A stretch of DNA of 64,000 bases from IMG/VR virus record IMGVR_UViG_3300022839_000011, positions 1 through 64,000 of that record; one strand, given 5' to 3'. Source of the DNA: a virus. Shown here one piece after another: positions 41,704 through 51,866 of this stretch (position 1 is its first letter; each line of letters starts with the position of its first letter). The notes under the pieces were generated by a model that was not told the DNA's origin, made no database searches, and worked only from the letters and a program-made list of their open reading frames with translations. The translations under genes were made by a program, and so were the position numbers.

Positions 41704-42624
41704 CTATACGTCTAATGAAACGATATCATGGGAATCAGTGAGTTCACTCGCCTTGACCCAACCCTTTGTTGTCAAAAACGGGTGGTTGTGTGAACATACT
41801 ACAGAATGATCATCTTCAAATATAATTTCAAAACACTCTGGGGTTCCATTTTCTAATGTGTTTGGGTTCCAAGATTCTATAACTTCCTTGGGGCCTTCCA
41901 ATGTCAAAACCTCATCACCTGCTGAAATGTCTTGAACTTTTCTAAGAGAACCATCATGCATTACAATATTGGTATTTTTGGCCAAGCAACCTCCTGGGAT
42001 GATAGTTTTTGCATACATTGGGCCAATTTCAGTATATACATGATTTATCAGTATACATGGCAAATCTTTCATAGTCAAGTGTGGAGTTATGATTCTTAGC
42101 AAAGAACGAATAGCTTTTGCTCTTGACATATCTGCTACTGACTTTTCATTTTCCGCATCATCTACTTCTTTTTTAGAAGCAAGGTTTCCCAAAGAATCCA
42201 CCATGATGAAAACTTTATCACCACGTTTAATTTCTTCGAGCCGTTTCACAATATCAAATTTCAATTGCTCTACATGCTCAACTGGTATATGTATAACCCT
42301 ACCAGCATCAATGCCATTTGTCGCCAAATAATCTGGTGTGACGCCAAATTCCGAATCGTAAAGAAGTGCGACTGCATCAGGATATTTGTTAAAATATGCC
42401 TTCATACAATATAGTGCCAGCAATGTTTTGAAGCTTTTGCTTAGGCCAGCGAACACTGTAAGCCCAGGTATAAGGCCCCCATCTAACGAACCACTAAATG
42501 CGATGTTCAAAATTGGTAGGTCGGTAGGAATAACATCTTTGGTATTGAAAAATGTAGACTCGCTAAGTATGGCAGAAGTTTTGATTGCCCCTGATTTCTG
42601 CATTCGTTCTAGTAATGAACTCAT
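41704..42624 (-). CDS. uvsX: UvsX (RecA-like) N-terminal part fused to split N-intein (94 aa, 41707-41988)
   Basis: AGLSKSFKT, YDSEFG, DSLGNLASKKE, NHVY...PGG|CLAKNTNIV...CSHNHPF. Confidence 0.93.
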   Translation of the reverse strand: MSSLLERMQKSGAIKTSAILSESTFFNTKDVIPTDLPILNIAFSGSLDGGLIPGLTVFAGLSKSFKTLLALYCMKAYFNKYPDAVALLYDSEFGVTPDYLATNGIDAGRVIHIPVEHVEQLKFDIVKRLEEIKRGDKVFIMVDSLGNLASKKEVDDAENEKSVADMSRAKAIRSLLRIITPHLTMKDLPCILINHVYTEIGPMYAKTIIPGGCLAKNTNIVMHDGSLRKVQDISAGDEVLTLEGPKEVIESWNPNTLENGTPECFEIIFEDDHSVVCSHNHPFLTTKGWVKASELTDSHDIVSLDV

Positions 42625-42667
42625 GTCAATTCCTTTCTGTTTGTTGATTGTTTTAGAGTGGGTGACA

Positions 42668-42952
42668 CTAACCCACTAAAAGTTTTTGTAGTCTATCTTG
42701 AAAATCATCTATTTTTGCCGTTCTGCCAGGCCAATATATAGTTGTTTTTTCTGGATTTTTTTTGAGATTTTCGAGAAACGGATTTATTGAATCAAACATA
42801 AGCCTAAGACGGTTTTGTAAATCTTCAATCATTTCTTCATCAGATTTGTTTTGTGTTTTCATTCTGGAAACTTCGATTTTTACTTCTTCAAAATCTTCGT
42901 CTACAAAGCTAAAGCCAAAATCATCATCTTGTGGTTTTAGATATTCTTTCAT
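42668..42952 (-). CDS. hypothetical protein
   Basis: DDDFGFSFVDE...PFLENLKKNPEK..IYWP.R; start at 42952. Confidence 0.7.
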   Translation of the reverse strand: MKEYLKPQDDDFGFSFVDEDFEEVKIEVSRMKTQNKSDEEMIEDLQNRLRLMFDSINPFLENLKKNPEKTTIYWPGRTAKIDDFQDRLQKLLVG

Positions 42953-43006
42953 TTTATTCTCCAAGTAAGAAGGTTGTGGGAGGAGAAATGCCCCTCCCAC
43001 ATCTTT

Positions 43007-43990
43007 TTAGCGTTTGGCAAGTGACTTGAAAAATTCCATATCTTCGTCATCTTCAACAGAGTTTGTATCGTATGAAGATTTGTCTTGTGTAGCATTGCTT
43101 TCAAATGAAGATTTTGCTTGCACATTTTCTTTTGGTTTGTCTTCTTTAGATGAAGTTGCAAATCTAGACATATCAACACCTTCATCTTCTTCCGCAGATT
43201 CCGACATTTCTTTGCTGCGCGCATTTCCATTAAGATTCAACACCCGCTGTAGCTTTTCTTTAAGCTCATCGTATGATTTGAACTGCTTGGGATCTATTAC
43301 TTCTTGTAGTGAATGTACGTTGGTAAGTTTGGTTTCATACTCGCCATCATTATCAAAAAGCGATGCTAGATCAGCAAAGTCTGATTTGTCGTAGTTTGGA
43401 TAGCCTTCCACCTTACGTATTTTTAGACGGAAGTTTGCACCATTACCCCAAAGATCAAACGGGTCTACCGCTTTTTCGCCTTCGAATTCCGGATTTGGGG
43501 CTTCTTTTAGCTTATCAAAGATTTTCTTGCCATATTTAAACAAGAACACTTTACCCTCATTTTCTGGTTTTGCAGCATCAGAAACAACATAAACATTAGA
43601 GACGAAGCTTAGTTTGCGTTTTTGCTTTCGCGCCTGTGTACGTTCGGCTGACTTGTCATCCATATTTGAATTCCAAAGATCGCTGTTCATTTCATTAACT
43701 GGGTCGTCTTGCTTTAGAGTAGATAGGCAATTTTCGATGTACCATTGTCCTGTTGGACCTTGGAAGCCATGACTCCAAAGGCGTACAAAAGGAATATCTT
43801 CATCTTCTGGTGCTGGTAAAAATCTAATTACGGCATAACCATTCCCTGCCGTGTCAGTTGTGGGCTTCCAATATTTTCCTTCATCAGGATTTGAATAGCC
43901 TTTAGAGGAAACATCCTCCAACTGTTTGTTCAGCTTATCAAAAGAGCTTGAACGGTTCTTTTTTAGTTTATCAAAATTAAATGCAGCCAT
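43007..43990 (-). CDS. 32: single-stranded DNA-binding protein gp32
   Basis: D.AGNGYAVIRFLPA, HGFQGP.G.WYIENC, GKKIFDK, acidic tail. Confidence 0.95.
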   Translation of the reverse strand: MAAFNFDKLKKNRSSSFDKLNKQLEDVSSKGYSNPDEGKYWKPTTDTAGNGYAVIRFLPAPEDEDIPFVRLWSHGFQGPTGQWYIENCLSTLKQDDPVNEMNSDLWNSNMDDKSAERTQARKQKRKLSFVSNVYVVSDAAKPENEGKVFLFKYGKKIFDKLKEAPNPEFEGEKAVDPFDLWGNGANFRLKIRKVEGYPNYDKSDFADLASLFDNDGEYETKLTNVHSLQEVIDPKQFKSYDELKEKLQRVLNLNGNARSKEMSESAEEDEGVDMSRFATSSKEDKPKENVQAKSSFESNATQDKSSYDTNSVEDDEDMEFFKSLAKR

Positions 43991-44148
43991 AATGGCATAT
44001 CTCCTATATTTTACGATTTTTTGCGATTTTTTTAATAGTATTGCTTATTAAGCAACTCTATTTATACATCAATGACATGCTCTGGATTCTTTTGGCATGT
44101 TGATTTTTCTATATTACAGAAATAGTGTTGTATTGTCAACACACTTTT

Positions 44149-44409
44149 CTAAAAAAGTGTGTTGGATTTTTTTATATCTTTTTTTACCATTCTTAGCACG
44201 ATTCCCTCTTCTTTTATTTTTTCACATATCAGTGAGGATTTCTTGACAATTTCTGCTAAGGTTTCAATTTCCATATTTTCTTGTTTCGCATATAGTACCA
44301 AAGCATCTATATGCGAAACACCTTTAGATAGCATATCAGCAATATCGTGATGTACTCTTTCCGGTGTTTTTGAAGCTATAAGATTTGCATGGTCTATCAC
44401 GCTGGTCAT
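44149..44409 (-). CDS. 33: late-transcription co-activator gp33
   Basis: IDALV.YA...MEIET.A.I.......EKI..E; position upstream of gp32. Confidence 0.7.
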   Translation of the reverse strand: MTSVIDHANLIASKTPERVHHDIADMLSKGVSHIDALVLYAKQENMEIETLAEIVKKSSLICEKIKEEGIVLRMVKKDIKKSNTLF

Positions 44410-44933
44410 CCGTTTAGTACCGTGATAGTAGATAGCCAGTTTTCAGCATAATGTTTGGCGGTATTGATGTCATTTATAGAACTTCCTGTTCTTACGTTGA
44501 CGCCACTTGAAGAATAACATTCTACAGTGAATACCCCATCATTTTCATGAATTTCTGCTCTATGCCCAGAGCTGGAGGATTCTTTAAAAAAAGTTTGTAT
44601 TAGCATTTCATTTCCTTCATATAATTGCCCTATTGCCGTTCGCCCAAGATTTTGCAGCATTTACTACCAGTACAAACGGGCATTCCACATATTTTTCTGT
44701 GTGGAATTTTACACCAACATCATCAAAAAATGATATTGTGTGTGGCCCATCACCATTGATGGATGCGCTATAGCCATTTTCTTTTGTGTATTTTAGTTGT
44801 GAGTTTTCGATATCAGACATCATGTCTTTCCTTTAAATATTTCTGTGGGGGTTTATACTTTGCATTTGTTAATAAATGCATATGATGTATTAATGTAACA
44901 CTTAGCGGGTTACATGTCAACTATTAATTTAGC

Positions 44934-45485
44934 TTATTGCCAATTATTTTCTTCTAATTCTTCAAGAAATATTCTAACCATATCAAAGCAAACGATTGCT
45001 TCATCAGCAAGCCCATCATGAAGTTTGCTACGGATATTTGCCTTTAATGAATCCAAGTCACCTTCGAATTGGTATCTAAGCGCAGAACCGAAAACAAATC
45101 TTTTCAATATTTGGCCACCAGAAAGATCGCCCATATGATGTACATATACGTGTGAAAGAAGTTTTTCTGCATCACCAGATATACTCAAAATATATTCTTG
45201 GTAAGCTACCGTCGAATCAAACGGAGTTGGAATTTTAAAACCATGTAGTAGTTCTAATTCTTCCAAATCTTTCATTATCGGTATGGATCGTTTTACAGCT
45301 TTGATATCTTCAAATATTCCGAAATTATGTGCATGTTTTTCGAGTGTATCGTACATCAACCACATATTTGAAAGGTAAACATAATACTGGCCTACAGTTA
45401 TCTGGTGCTTCAGCATTTTCGTAATGAATTTTGATTTTTCTGTTCTGGTGTGATGAACTTTTGTTAGTTCTCTTAAATTACTCAT
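44934..45485 (-). CDS. hemO: heme oxygenase (HemO/Ho1-like)
   Basis: LRELT...H...E; HVYV.HMGDLSGGQI signature; true start 45485 (the ORF-track extension lies in the tmRNA). Confidence 0.9.
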   Translation of the reverse strand: MSNLRELTKVHHTRTEKSKFITKMLKHQITVGQYYVYLSNMWLMYDTLEKHAHNFGIFEDIKAVKRSIPIMKDLEELELLHGFKIPTPFDSTVAYQEYILSISGDAEKLLSHVYVHHMGDLSGGQILKRFVFGSALRYQFEGDLDSLKANIRSKLHDGLADEAIVCFDMVRIFLEELEENNWQ

Positions 45486-45504
45486 TACTGAAATGTGGTC
45501 CTTT

Positions 45505-45800
45505 TTATTAAAGTTGGGACTTGGGTAATACGGCGTCCCTGACCGCAAGAGATTATGCTGCTAGGCGCATCTCTGGTTTTGCATTAGTATTTGCATTTAG
45601 TGTTTTATTCGCGTTAACCCAGCTTATATCGGGGCAACTCCATCCTGCTTAGTCCGTTTGTCGATCCCATTTCATCCCCAGCATAGATACATTGTTACAC
45701 TCATTTAAGAATAATGATATTAAAATATCACCAATGTATCTATGGTGGAGATGTCGGCTTCGAAGCCGAGTCCAAACCGTATTCAGTGAACTTCAACGTC
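45505..45800 (-). ncRNA. ssrA: circularly permuted two-piece tmRNA; tag (A)ANTNAKPEMRLAA*
   Basis: Acceptor piece ends GACTCGGCTTCGAAGCCGACATCTCCACCA (45743); hairpin intervening segment; coding piece starts GGGGATGAAATGGGATCGAC (45679); G3:U70; tag at 45553-45594; outer ends approximate. Confidence 0.92.
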
Positions 45801-45807
45801 ACGTAGT

Positions 45808-45815
45808 TATTTATA
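45808..45815 (-). promoter_or_regulatory. late promoter TATAAATA driving tmRNA-hemO
   Basis: Exact consensus just upstream of the tmRNA. Confidence 0.7.
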
Positions 45816-45868
45816 CAAAATGGTGGCTAACCTATGGCCACCGCGTGTTTAAGAAACAACCTTTTTTA

Positions 45869-46465
45869 TCAGAAAGTTAGATTTAGAGATAGCTTTGCAT
45901 TTGTGCTTTCTAGGCCATCATCAAAGCTGCGAACCAGACTTGGTGTCAGTGTAACTTTTGATGCAACGGTTACTGGCACACCAACTTCCAGATATCCGCT
46001 TGTGCGTGACCAATCATTGCTGATATTCCAAGTATAACCAACTTCACCAAATACTGAAATCTGGTCATTTAGTGTATAGGTAACACCAACAGATGGGTCA
46101 AAAGAAAAATCGCCACTTGAAAGGTTGTTATTTGCAGTGGAGTATTCCAACCCAACTGTACCATACGCAACGGTCTGATCGGCAACCGCAATTGCAAGAT
46201 TATATTCACCACGAAGACCAATGGTGTCAGCATCAAGATTGTAGTTAAGTGCAGCACGAACTTCTGCATCAGCAGAACCCAATGAATGTGCAAGCCCAGT
46301 AACACCGACTTCAAAATCTGTTAGTGCATTTTGATTAGCGTCAACAGTAAAATCCATCATTCCAGAGTTTACAGTAAGGCCAAAGGTGGCATTATCAAAA
46401 TCATTCGCCATTGCAGATGTGGCCGTACCAAACATAAGTGCGATTGTTGTAATTGTAGTTTTCAT
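45869..46465 (-). CDS. outer-membrane beta-barrel (porin-like) protein
   Basis: Signal peptide (AMA|ND), alternating beta-strands, terminal Phe. Confidence 0.8.
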   Translation of the reverse strand: MKTTITTIALMFGTATSAMANDFDNATFGLTVNSGMMDFTVDANQNALTDFEVGVTGLAHSLGSADAEVRAALNYNLDADTIGLRGEYNLAIAVADQTVAYGTVGLEYSTANNNLSSGDFSFDPSVGVTYTLNDQISVFGEVGYTWNISNDWSRTSGYLEVGVPVTVASKVTLTPSLVRSFDDGLESTNAKLSLNLTF

Positions 46466-46724
46466 TTTATTTCCTTAAATTATATAAGTACCCCATAATT
46501 GAGATACGATGGTTAGTAAAATTATTAGTGATTTGGCAGAACTACATTTCAAGCTTCAAAGAAGTTTTACTTAGTTTGTTCATTTCTTCACGAGATGGCA
46601 TAACCTCGTCCCAAACAGAATCAACTTTAGTTGGAGGCGTGATGTTTTCCTTTTTAGATGCATCTTTTTTTGTCATGTTATAGTCCTTTCTAAGGGTTAA
46701 TTATAACTATAAACGAAATAGATG

Positions 46725-48872
46725 TCAATACTTAATTTTCATCTTAGACAACTGCAATTCTTTCATTTTTTCGTGCGACAATAGGGTTTCATCCCATACA
46801 GTTTTGGCATCTTTGCCAGTATTGACTTTTGTGGTGTCTTGTACTTTAGCCTCAAACAACATTTTAAGTTCGCTTGGTCCCTTTTTGTATGCCTCATAAA
46901 AGCTACTTGCGCCATTGCCTGTATAAACACCAACCACAAATGGTTTAGTTTTGTTATTCAGTATTGTATGGTACACTTCGGTCAGTCTAATTCTACTAAA
47001 TGGGGGCAACATTATTTCTTTTTCTTTCGACACGCTTGAATAGTTTAATATCGGAATACACTTAGTACCTTTAGGCAAATAGATTTTCATTCGCGTAGAA
47101 TTTGGTTTGTTTCCCATTTTGACATCTGAACTTAATGAGGTGGATAGCCATGCGGGGTCTACGAATACATCACCTGGTTTAAAGTTTTTTTGGCTTGGGA
47201 CTTCACAATTTCGATACACCCACATATCTTCTTCCATCTCTACTGCGTATTCATTATAAAAAGCAAACATGGCATCTGATCGGGGGTCCAATATGAAATT
47301 TCCATCTTTCATAGTAGCCATAGAATTTCTAAGATTTGGATTTATTGACATGAATCCAGAAGCAGTGTAACTTTTGAAAGCTCTTATGGCTTTTTCTTGT
47401 TTGGCTTCTTCCACAGTCAATTTAGATGTGTCTATACTGTTCAAAACACCTTTAAAAATATCATCGAATTTTTTGTAGCCTTCGTTATTTTTTACTACAT
47501 CTATTTTTTTAGAAATGTCTTCGTTAAAATTCACAAATCCGATTGTTCCATCATCCCATTTGGTATCATTATCAGATTTGAAAGCTTCGTTTGTTGTGCT
47601 AATAGCAAATGGCATTTCAAGAACTTTTGCGGACAGAACTTCTCTTTCAAATTGTGTATTTGAAGGCGAATTGTTATCTATTTTCTTCAATTCTTTTAAC
47701 TCTTTAGAAGCCAAATTCGCTTCATATACAGGCATATCTATAGCATCGTTCAATACTTTTTCCCACATTGATTTATTTTTAACACCAACTTTTATTAATC
47801 CATTATCATTAGCCAATCCCATATTAACTATAACTTTTTTCATAGAAGGCGAAATTTCATAGTCATAAACTTGTTTAAATGCTTTTTTGAGATATTTTAC
47901 AACATTAGGATTATCCATCTTTTTTTCTGTCTTACCCATTTTAATCAAGGTATCTAATGTATATGGGTTCATTCTAGTTTTTATTAGGCCAGCAATTGGT
48001 ATGTTATTAGCATCAATTTGGTCATTTGGCGAATAATTTAAGTTAAACTTACCAAGCGGAACTTCTTCAACTTTATCACCAACAACTTCTTTATTTCCTA
48101 ACAAATCAACAACATTGCTGCCGCCTTTGCTCTGAACAGCTTTATTAGAAATGTCATCTATAAGTTTTATATCCGAACTGGCAATCTCATTTCCCAAATC
48201 TAATTTTTTGAATGCAAACAACTTGCTTGGTTTTGTACTCACAGTCTCTTTTTGTCTTTTATACGGGACAGCAATTGTTTCCAAATTTTCACTTGACACG
48301 ATATCTTGTATGTCCATTCCGGTCGGATCAAATTCGAAGTGTTTTGTGAATACAACAGTTTTGAATATTGTTTCTGGTTTGACACTTTTCTTGGTGACAA
48401 AGATGTAATTTCTTGCACCATCTGAAATCTTTTTGACTGGAACTACCCTAAATGTTTGGATGTATGTTTTTTTGATTATTTTTGTTAGAAGACTTTGGTA
48501 TCTTTCTGACCCTGCTTTACTTGGTATGTCAATAATAATACCATCCATTCTATTTTTTATAAATGGATACGAAGCCTCCATGAATTTTAGAAATGTTGCC
48601 AATACTGGTCGGATGTCTGCTGGGGTTTTAAATGACCATGTTCTTTTCTTGACATTCACAATACGATATAGTTCTATCATGTAAACTTTGTCATATGTTG
48701 TCTCTACCAATGACATACCGTAATCGGACCCATTGATAGAAGCAGAAGCATAAATTTGCTTTGGCAGCATAGTATCTTCGGTCATCTGAAACTCAACAGC
48801 GGTGTTAAGTGACTCAAAGAATAATTCTTGGTCTTTGAAATTGATAAAAGACTTCATGTAACTGCGCTCCAT
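46725..48872 (-). CDS. Alt-like ADP-ribosyltransferase (C-terminal VIP2/ART domain)
   Basis: YT...F..IN..LR, VYR, LSTS, EKEIMLP (R-S-E); TATAAATA at 48889-48896. Confidence 0.8.
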   Translation of the reverse strand: MERSYMKSFINFKDQELFFESLNTAVEFQMTEDTMLPKQIYASASINGSDYGMSLVETTYDKVYMIELYRIVNVKKRTWSFKTPADIRPVLATFLKFMEASYPFIKNRMDGIIIDIPSKAGSERYQSLLTKIIKKTYIQTFRVVPVKKISDGARNYIFVTKKSVKPETIFKTVVFTKHFEFDPTGMDIQDIVSSENLETIAVPYKRQKETVSTKPSKLFAFKKLDLGNEIASSDIKLIDDISNKAVQSKGGSNVVDLLGNKEVVGDKVEEVPLGKFNLNYSPNDQIDANNIPIAGLIKTRMNPYTLDTLIKMGKTEKKMDNPNVVKYLKKAFKQVYDYEISPSMKKVIVNMGLANDNGLIKVGVKNKSMWEKVLNDAIDMPVYEANLASKELKELKKIDNNSPSNTQFEREVLSAKVLEMPFAISTTNEAFKSDNDTKWDDGTIGFVNFNEDISKKIDVVKNNEGYKKFDDIFKGVLNSIDTSKLTVEEAKQEKAIRAFKSYTASGFMSINPNLRNSMATMKDGNFILDPRSDAMFAFYNEYAVEMEEDMWVYRNCEVPSQKNFKPGDVFVDPAWLSTSLSSDVKMGNKPNSTRMKIYLPKGTKCIPILNYSSVSKEKEIMLPPFSRIRLTEVYHTILNNKTKPFVVGVYTGNGASSFYEAYKKGPSELKMLFEAKVQDTTKVNTGKDAKTVWDETLLSHEKMKELQLSKMKIKY

Positions 48873-48903
48873 ATTTTGTTATTAAAGCTATTTATAAGAT
48901 GAA

Positions 48904-49353
48904 TTATCTAAGTTTAAATTCATCTCTTGTTACACCAAATACGTATTGATCTACCATGTCACCATTTTTGTCCAAAAACGATTCTGACAACACGCCTTCC
49001 TGCTTCCAACCTATTTTGTTTATCATGCGGACAAACTTTTTGTGTGGACTAATTCCGTAAATTTTTCGCAGCGTTTTCATATTTTCAAACATATAATCGG
49101 TTAGATATATCGCAGATGTTAAAGCCTGTTTTGCATTTTTGGTGTCTGAAAACACATTAAGTTTTGCAAGCCAAGGCGTCTCTGGCATCATGTAAAAAAC
49201 CATATCATCTTTTTCAAGTGGAAATGTGATGTTGTTATCCATATCCCTTAACATATCTATAAATATTTCATCTTTTGTCTTGTGTGGGCATTGCATAATC
49301 CATGGATCTATTTTTGCGTGGATAATTTCATATATATGATTGTTATATTTCAT
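48904..49353 (-). CDS. GNAT (RimJ/L-like) acetyltransferase-fold protein
   Basis: KIGWKQEGVL.E.F...G...DQYVFG. Confidence 0.6.
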   Translation of the reverse strand: MKYNNHIYEIIHAKIDPWIMQCPHKTKDEIFIDMLRDMDNNITFPLEKDDMVFYMMPETPWLAKLNVFSDTKNAKQALTSAIYLTDYMFENMKTLRKIYGISPHKKFVRMINKIGWKQEGVLSESFLDKNGDMVDQYVFGVTRDEFKLR

Positions 49354-49841
49354 CCAGAAAATAGCTCTTCTAAACTCATGACAGTGCCGATAGGGTATTG
49401 ATATCTTGTATTGACAATACCGACGCCCAATTTACCTGAATATGTTACTGTGTAACCTTGAATAATTTCTGCCAGCTCGCACACTATAATTGTTTCGCAT
49501 TGTTGTACATTTTGATACCCCATCAAAATGTTATTGCCATCAATCGAACCAATTAAAGAACCTATCACCACTCCAGCAAACGCACCACCATCGTCATTGG
49601 TCGCCAATTTACCTAAAACGCCACCTATGATGGCACCAGCAAGAATGTCACCATTACTAGAACGGTTATTTTGGTACACCGGAATACTTACGTCATAACA
49701 TCTTGTTTCTGGAACTTCGAGATGCCCTATCGTGTAATTGGGCGCTACTTCCATTATACGAACAAAAGTAAATGCATCAAATGCATTTACTTTTGTTGCA
49801 AAAATACATAAAGTAGCGATTGCCGATATTTTTTTAAACAT
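49350..49841 (-). CDS. glycine-zipper secreted protein (YcfJ-like)
   Basis: Signal peptide; GAIIGGVLG...GAFAGVVIGSLIG. Confidence 0.75.
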   Translation of the reverse strand: MFKKISAIATLCIFATKVNAFDAFTFVRIMEVAPNYTIGHLEVPETRCYDVSIPVYQNNRSSNGDILAGAIIGGVLGKLATNDDGGAFAGVVIGSLIGSIDGNNILMGYQNVQQCETIIVCELAEIIQGYTVTYSGKLGVGIVNTRYQYPIGTVMSLEELFSG

Positions 49842-49856
49842 TGTAATTTTCCATTC

Positions 49857-50507
49857 TTAGTATTTCACCTCGCAGTTATTTTTTACTACAAATCCTATGC
49901 GATGTGGTTTCAAAAATCCATCAGCATCATCATAACTTTCGATATAAGAATACCCTAATTTTTCATAATTAGCAATCAAATAATGCTGGTCTGACCAAAT
50001 AGGAATTAGCACATCATAATCTGGGTCTGGCGTTTTTCTTAAATGCACTTCGATAATTTTTTGATCTATGAACTCTACATTTATATCATCGACGTCAGTA
50101 TGCAATTGATTAAAAATTTCACCTAACGCAAACTTTTGATTTTCACATCTAGACCATTTATTGAATCTTGGTAAATTATTTTCATTTCTATCTGCTTCCC
50201 AACAAGACACATCGCACCAAACACCATCTATCCATTTGAAGCACACCGAATATTGTGTTCCCGAAAACCATTCTGACCAAAAATATCCGGGCGGAACTTT
50301 CGATGAGTCTCCAACATCGATATAGATTTTTTTAGCGCCTAACCCCATACCGGAAAGGTTCATTATCGGCCTTACGACATACCAACCACTGCTATGTGGC
50401 GCTATACCCGAAGGCCCGCACTGATAACCTAACGATTCAGAAAGCCATAGCTTACTGAACCATTTTCTATGCGATTTAAATTTTGTGTAAGCTTCTGAAT
50501 CATTCAT
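49857..50507 (-). CDS. ATP-grasp-like phage protein
   Basis: YVVRPIMNL.GMG, YSV, INVEFID.KIIEVHLR. Confidence 0.55.
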   Translation of the reverse strand: MNDSEAYTKFKSHRKWFSKLWLSESLGYQCGPSGIAPHSSGWYVVRPIMNLSGMGLGAKKIYIDVGDSSKVPPGYFWSEWFSGTQYSVCFKWIDGVWCDVSCWEADRNENNLPRFNKWSRCENQKFALGEIFNQLHTDVDDINVEFIDQKIIEVHLRKTPDPDYDVLIPIWSDQHYLIANYEKLGYSYIESYDDADGFLKPHRIGFVVKNNCEVKY

Positions 50508-51164
50508 CCTTTATTTATATCAAACACCTAACTTGTCACCAAAATTACTTTTTAGCATCGCCTAGTAGGTAAATTGCTGCTATTGCAAAAAACCCCAAAA
50601 AGAAACCGCCGACAGCCCATGCGGCACCACTCCGATTTCGATTTTCCGCCATCTTATGTGAAACCATGGCAAGAATACCACTAATTACCAATACAAATAC
50701 TACTTCCATTTTACTATACCTTTTCATCTGTTTTGTTGATCGTTACATTTACTTCCAACTGTTTAACTGTTGGGGGCTCAATAAAAATTTCTACCGTTGC
50801 CCATAAAAACCAAATGGGTGTCAATAGCACAAATAACACTAAAGCAATACCCCAATTTCGTTTGAATGTTTGTATTCCACCTTTAATAAGAATGTAAAAT
50901 AGCAACAGTATAACACCAAGTCCAATAATTACGTCCATTCTTTACACCATTATGTTTTATGGCATTATGTCAATATCAATTCCAGTCTGTTTTAATCATT
51001 AGTGCTGAATTCCATTTGTCGTAAACGAAATCAGATGGTGCCGCCTTTTCTATGAATTCACGACCTTGTGCATATCCGATAAACTCTATTTCTGTATTAT
51101 TTGGCAAGGTATCTAAAATTTTGCGCAGTTCATCTACAGTCATTTTGTGTTGCCTTTACATATA

Positions 51165-51854
51165 TCAAAAGTTGAGGTGATCTTCAAAAAGAAACTCATA
51201 AAATGCAACTGGACCCTGCTTGTTTTTGTGATATTCGGCAATTACAAACTTTCCGTAAAATACCGCACCAGCATCAAGATTTAACCGATTGGTTGTCATA
51301 ATTGGGCCATTCTTTTTTGGTGTATGTCCATGCGTAAGATATAACCCTTGATTTTGGTTATTGTATGGTTCGCTATCATGCATACGATACCATACACAGG
51401 AATATTCTACCTGATTTTCTGGCGAAAGAGAATCATCATAATAAGCATGGGCAAATACGTTCTTATCTTCAATGTGGTACAGTTTAAGAAAATGCATCCA
51501 TTCAATAACATCACGTGGAATACTACTTAGTACTGTTTGATACGTTTGAGTATCATTTTGACTATAACCAGCAATATCGAGTGCCGCTTTTCGATTGTGG
51601 AAACTCGTTCCTTTTTTATAAGATTCAAGAAACATACTTTCATGGTTTCCAAGCAGACATACAAACTCCCAATTTTCTGGGGGGTTCATTACAGTTTGAA
51701 GTGCCCCATAATTATCAGGGCCACGATCAATATAATCACCCAAAAATATAATTTTTCCACCTTCTGGGTTGCAATCATACACAGTCTGTAATGCTGTTTT
51801 CAAAACACTATTACATCCATGAATGTCTGGAAAACAATAATACCGTTCATTCAT
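51165..51854 (-). CDS. Ser/Thr protein phosphatase-like metallophosphoesterase (NinI-like)
   Basis: DIHG, GDYIDRG, GNHE, AHA, HGHT, LDAG. Confidence 0.9.
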   Translation of the reverse strand: MNERYYCFPDIHGCNSVLKTALQTVYDCNPEGGKIIFLGDYIDRGPDNYGALQTVMNPPENWEFVCLLGNHESMFLESYKKGTSFHNRKAALDIAGYSQNDTQTYQTVLSSIPRDVIEWMHFLKLYHIEDKNVFAHAYYDDSLSPENQVEYSCVWYRMHDSEPYNNQNQGLYLTHGHTPKKNGPIMTTNRLNLDAGAVFYGKFVIAEYHKNKQGPVAFYEFLFEDHLNF

Positions 51855-51866
51855 AATATTTGTCCT

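Noticed and set aside
41665-41712. 9-bp direct repeat ctatacgtc near the uvsX endonuclease start
   Set aside because: Both copies are on the same side of the endonuclease, so it is not a target-site duplication; too short to interpret
45486-45548. N-terminal extension of heme oxygenase in the ORF track
   Set aside because: Overlaps the tmRNA 3' region; the Met at 45485 has an SD and matches the family start
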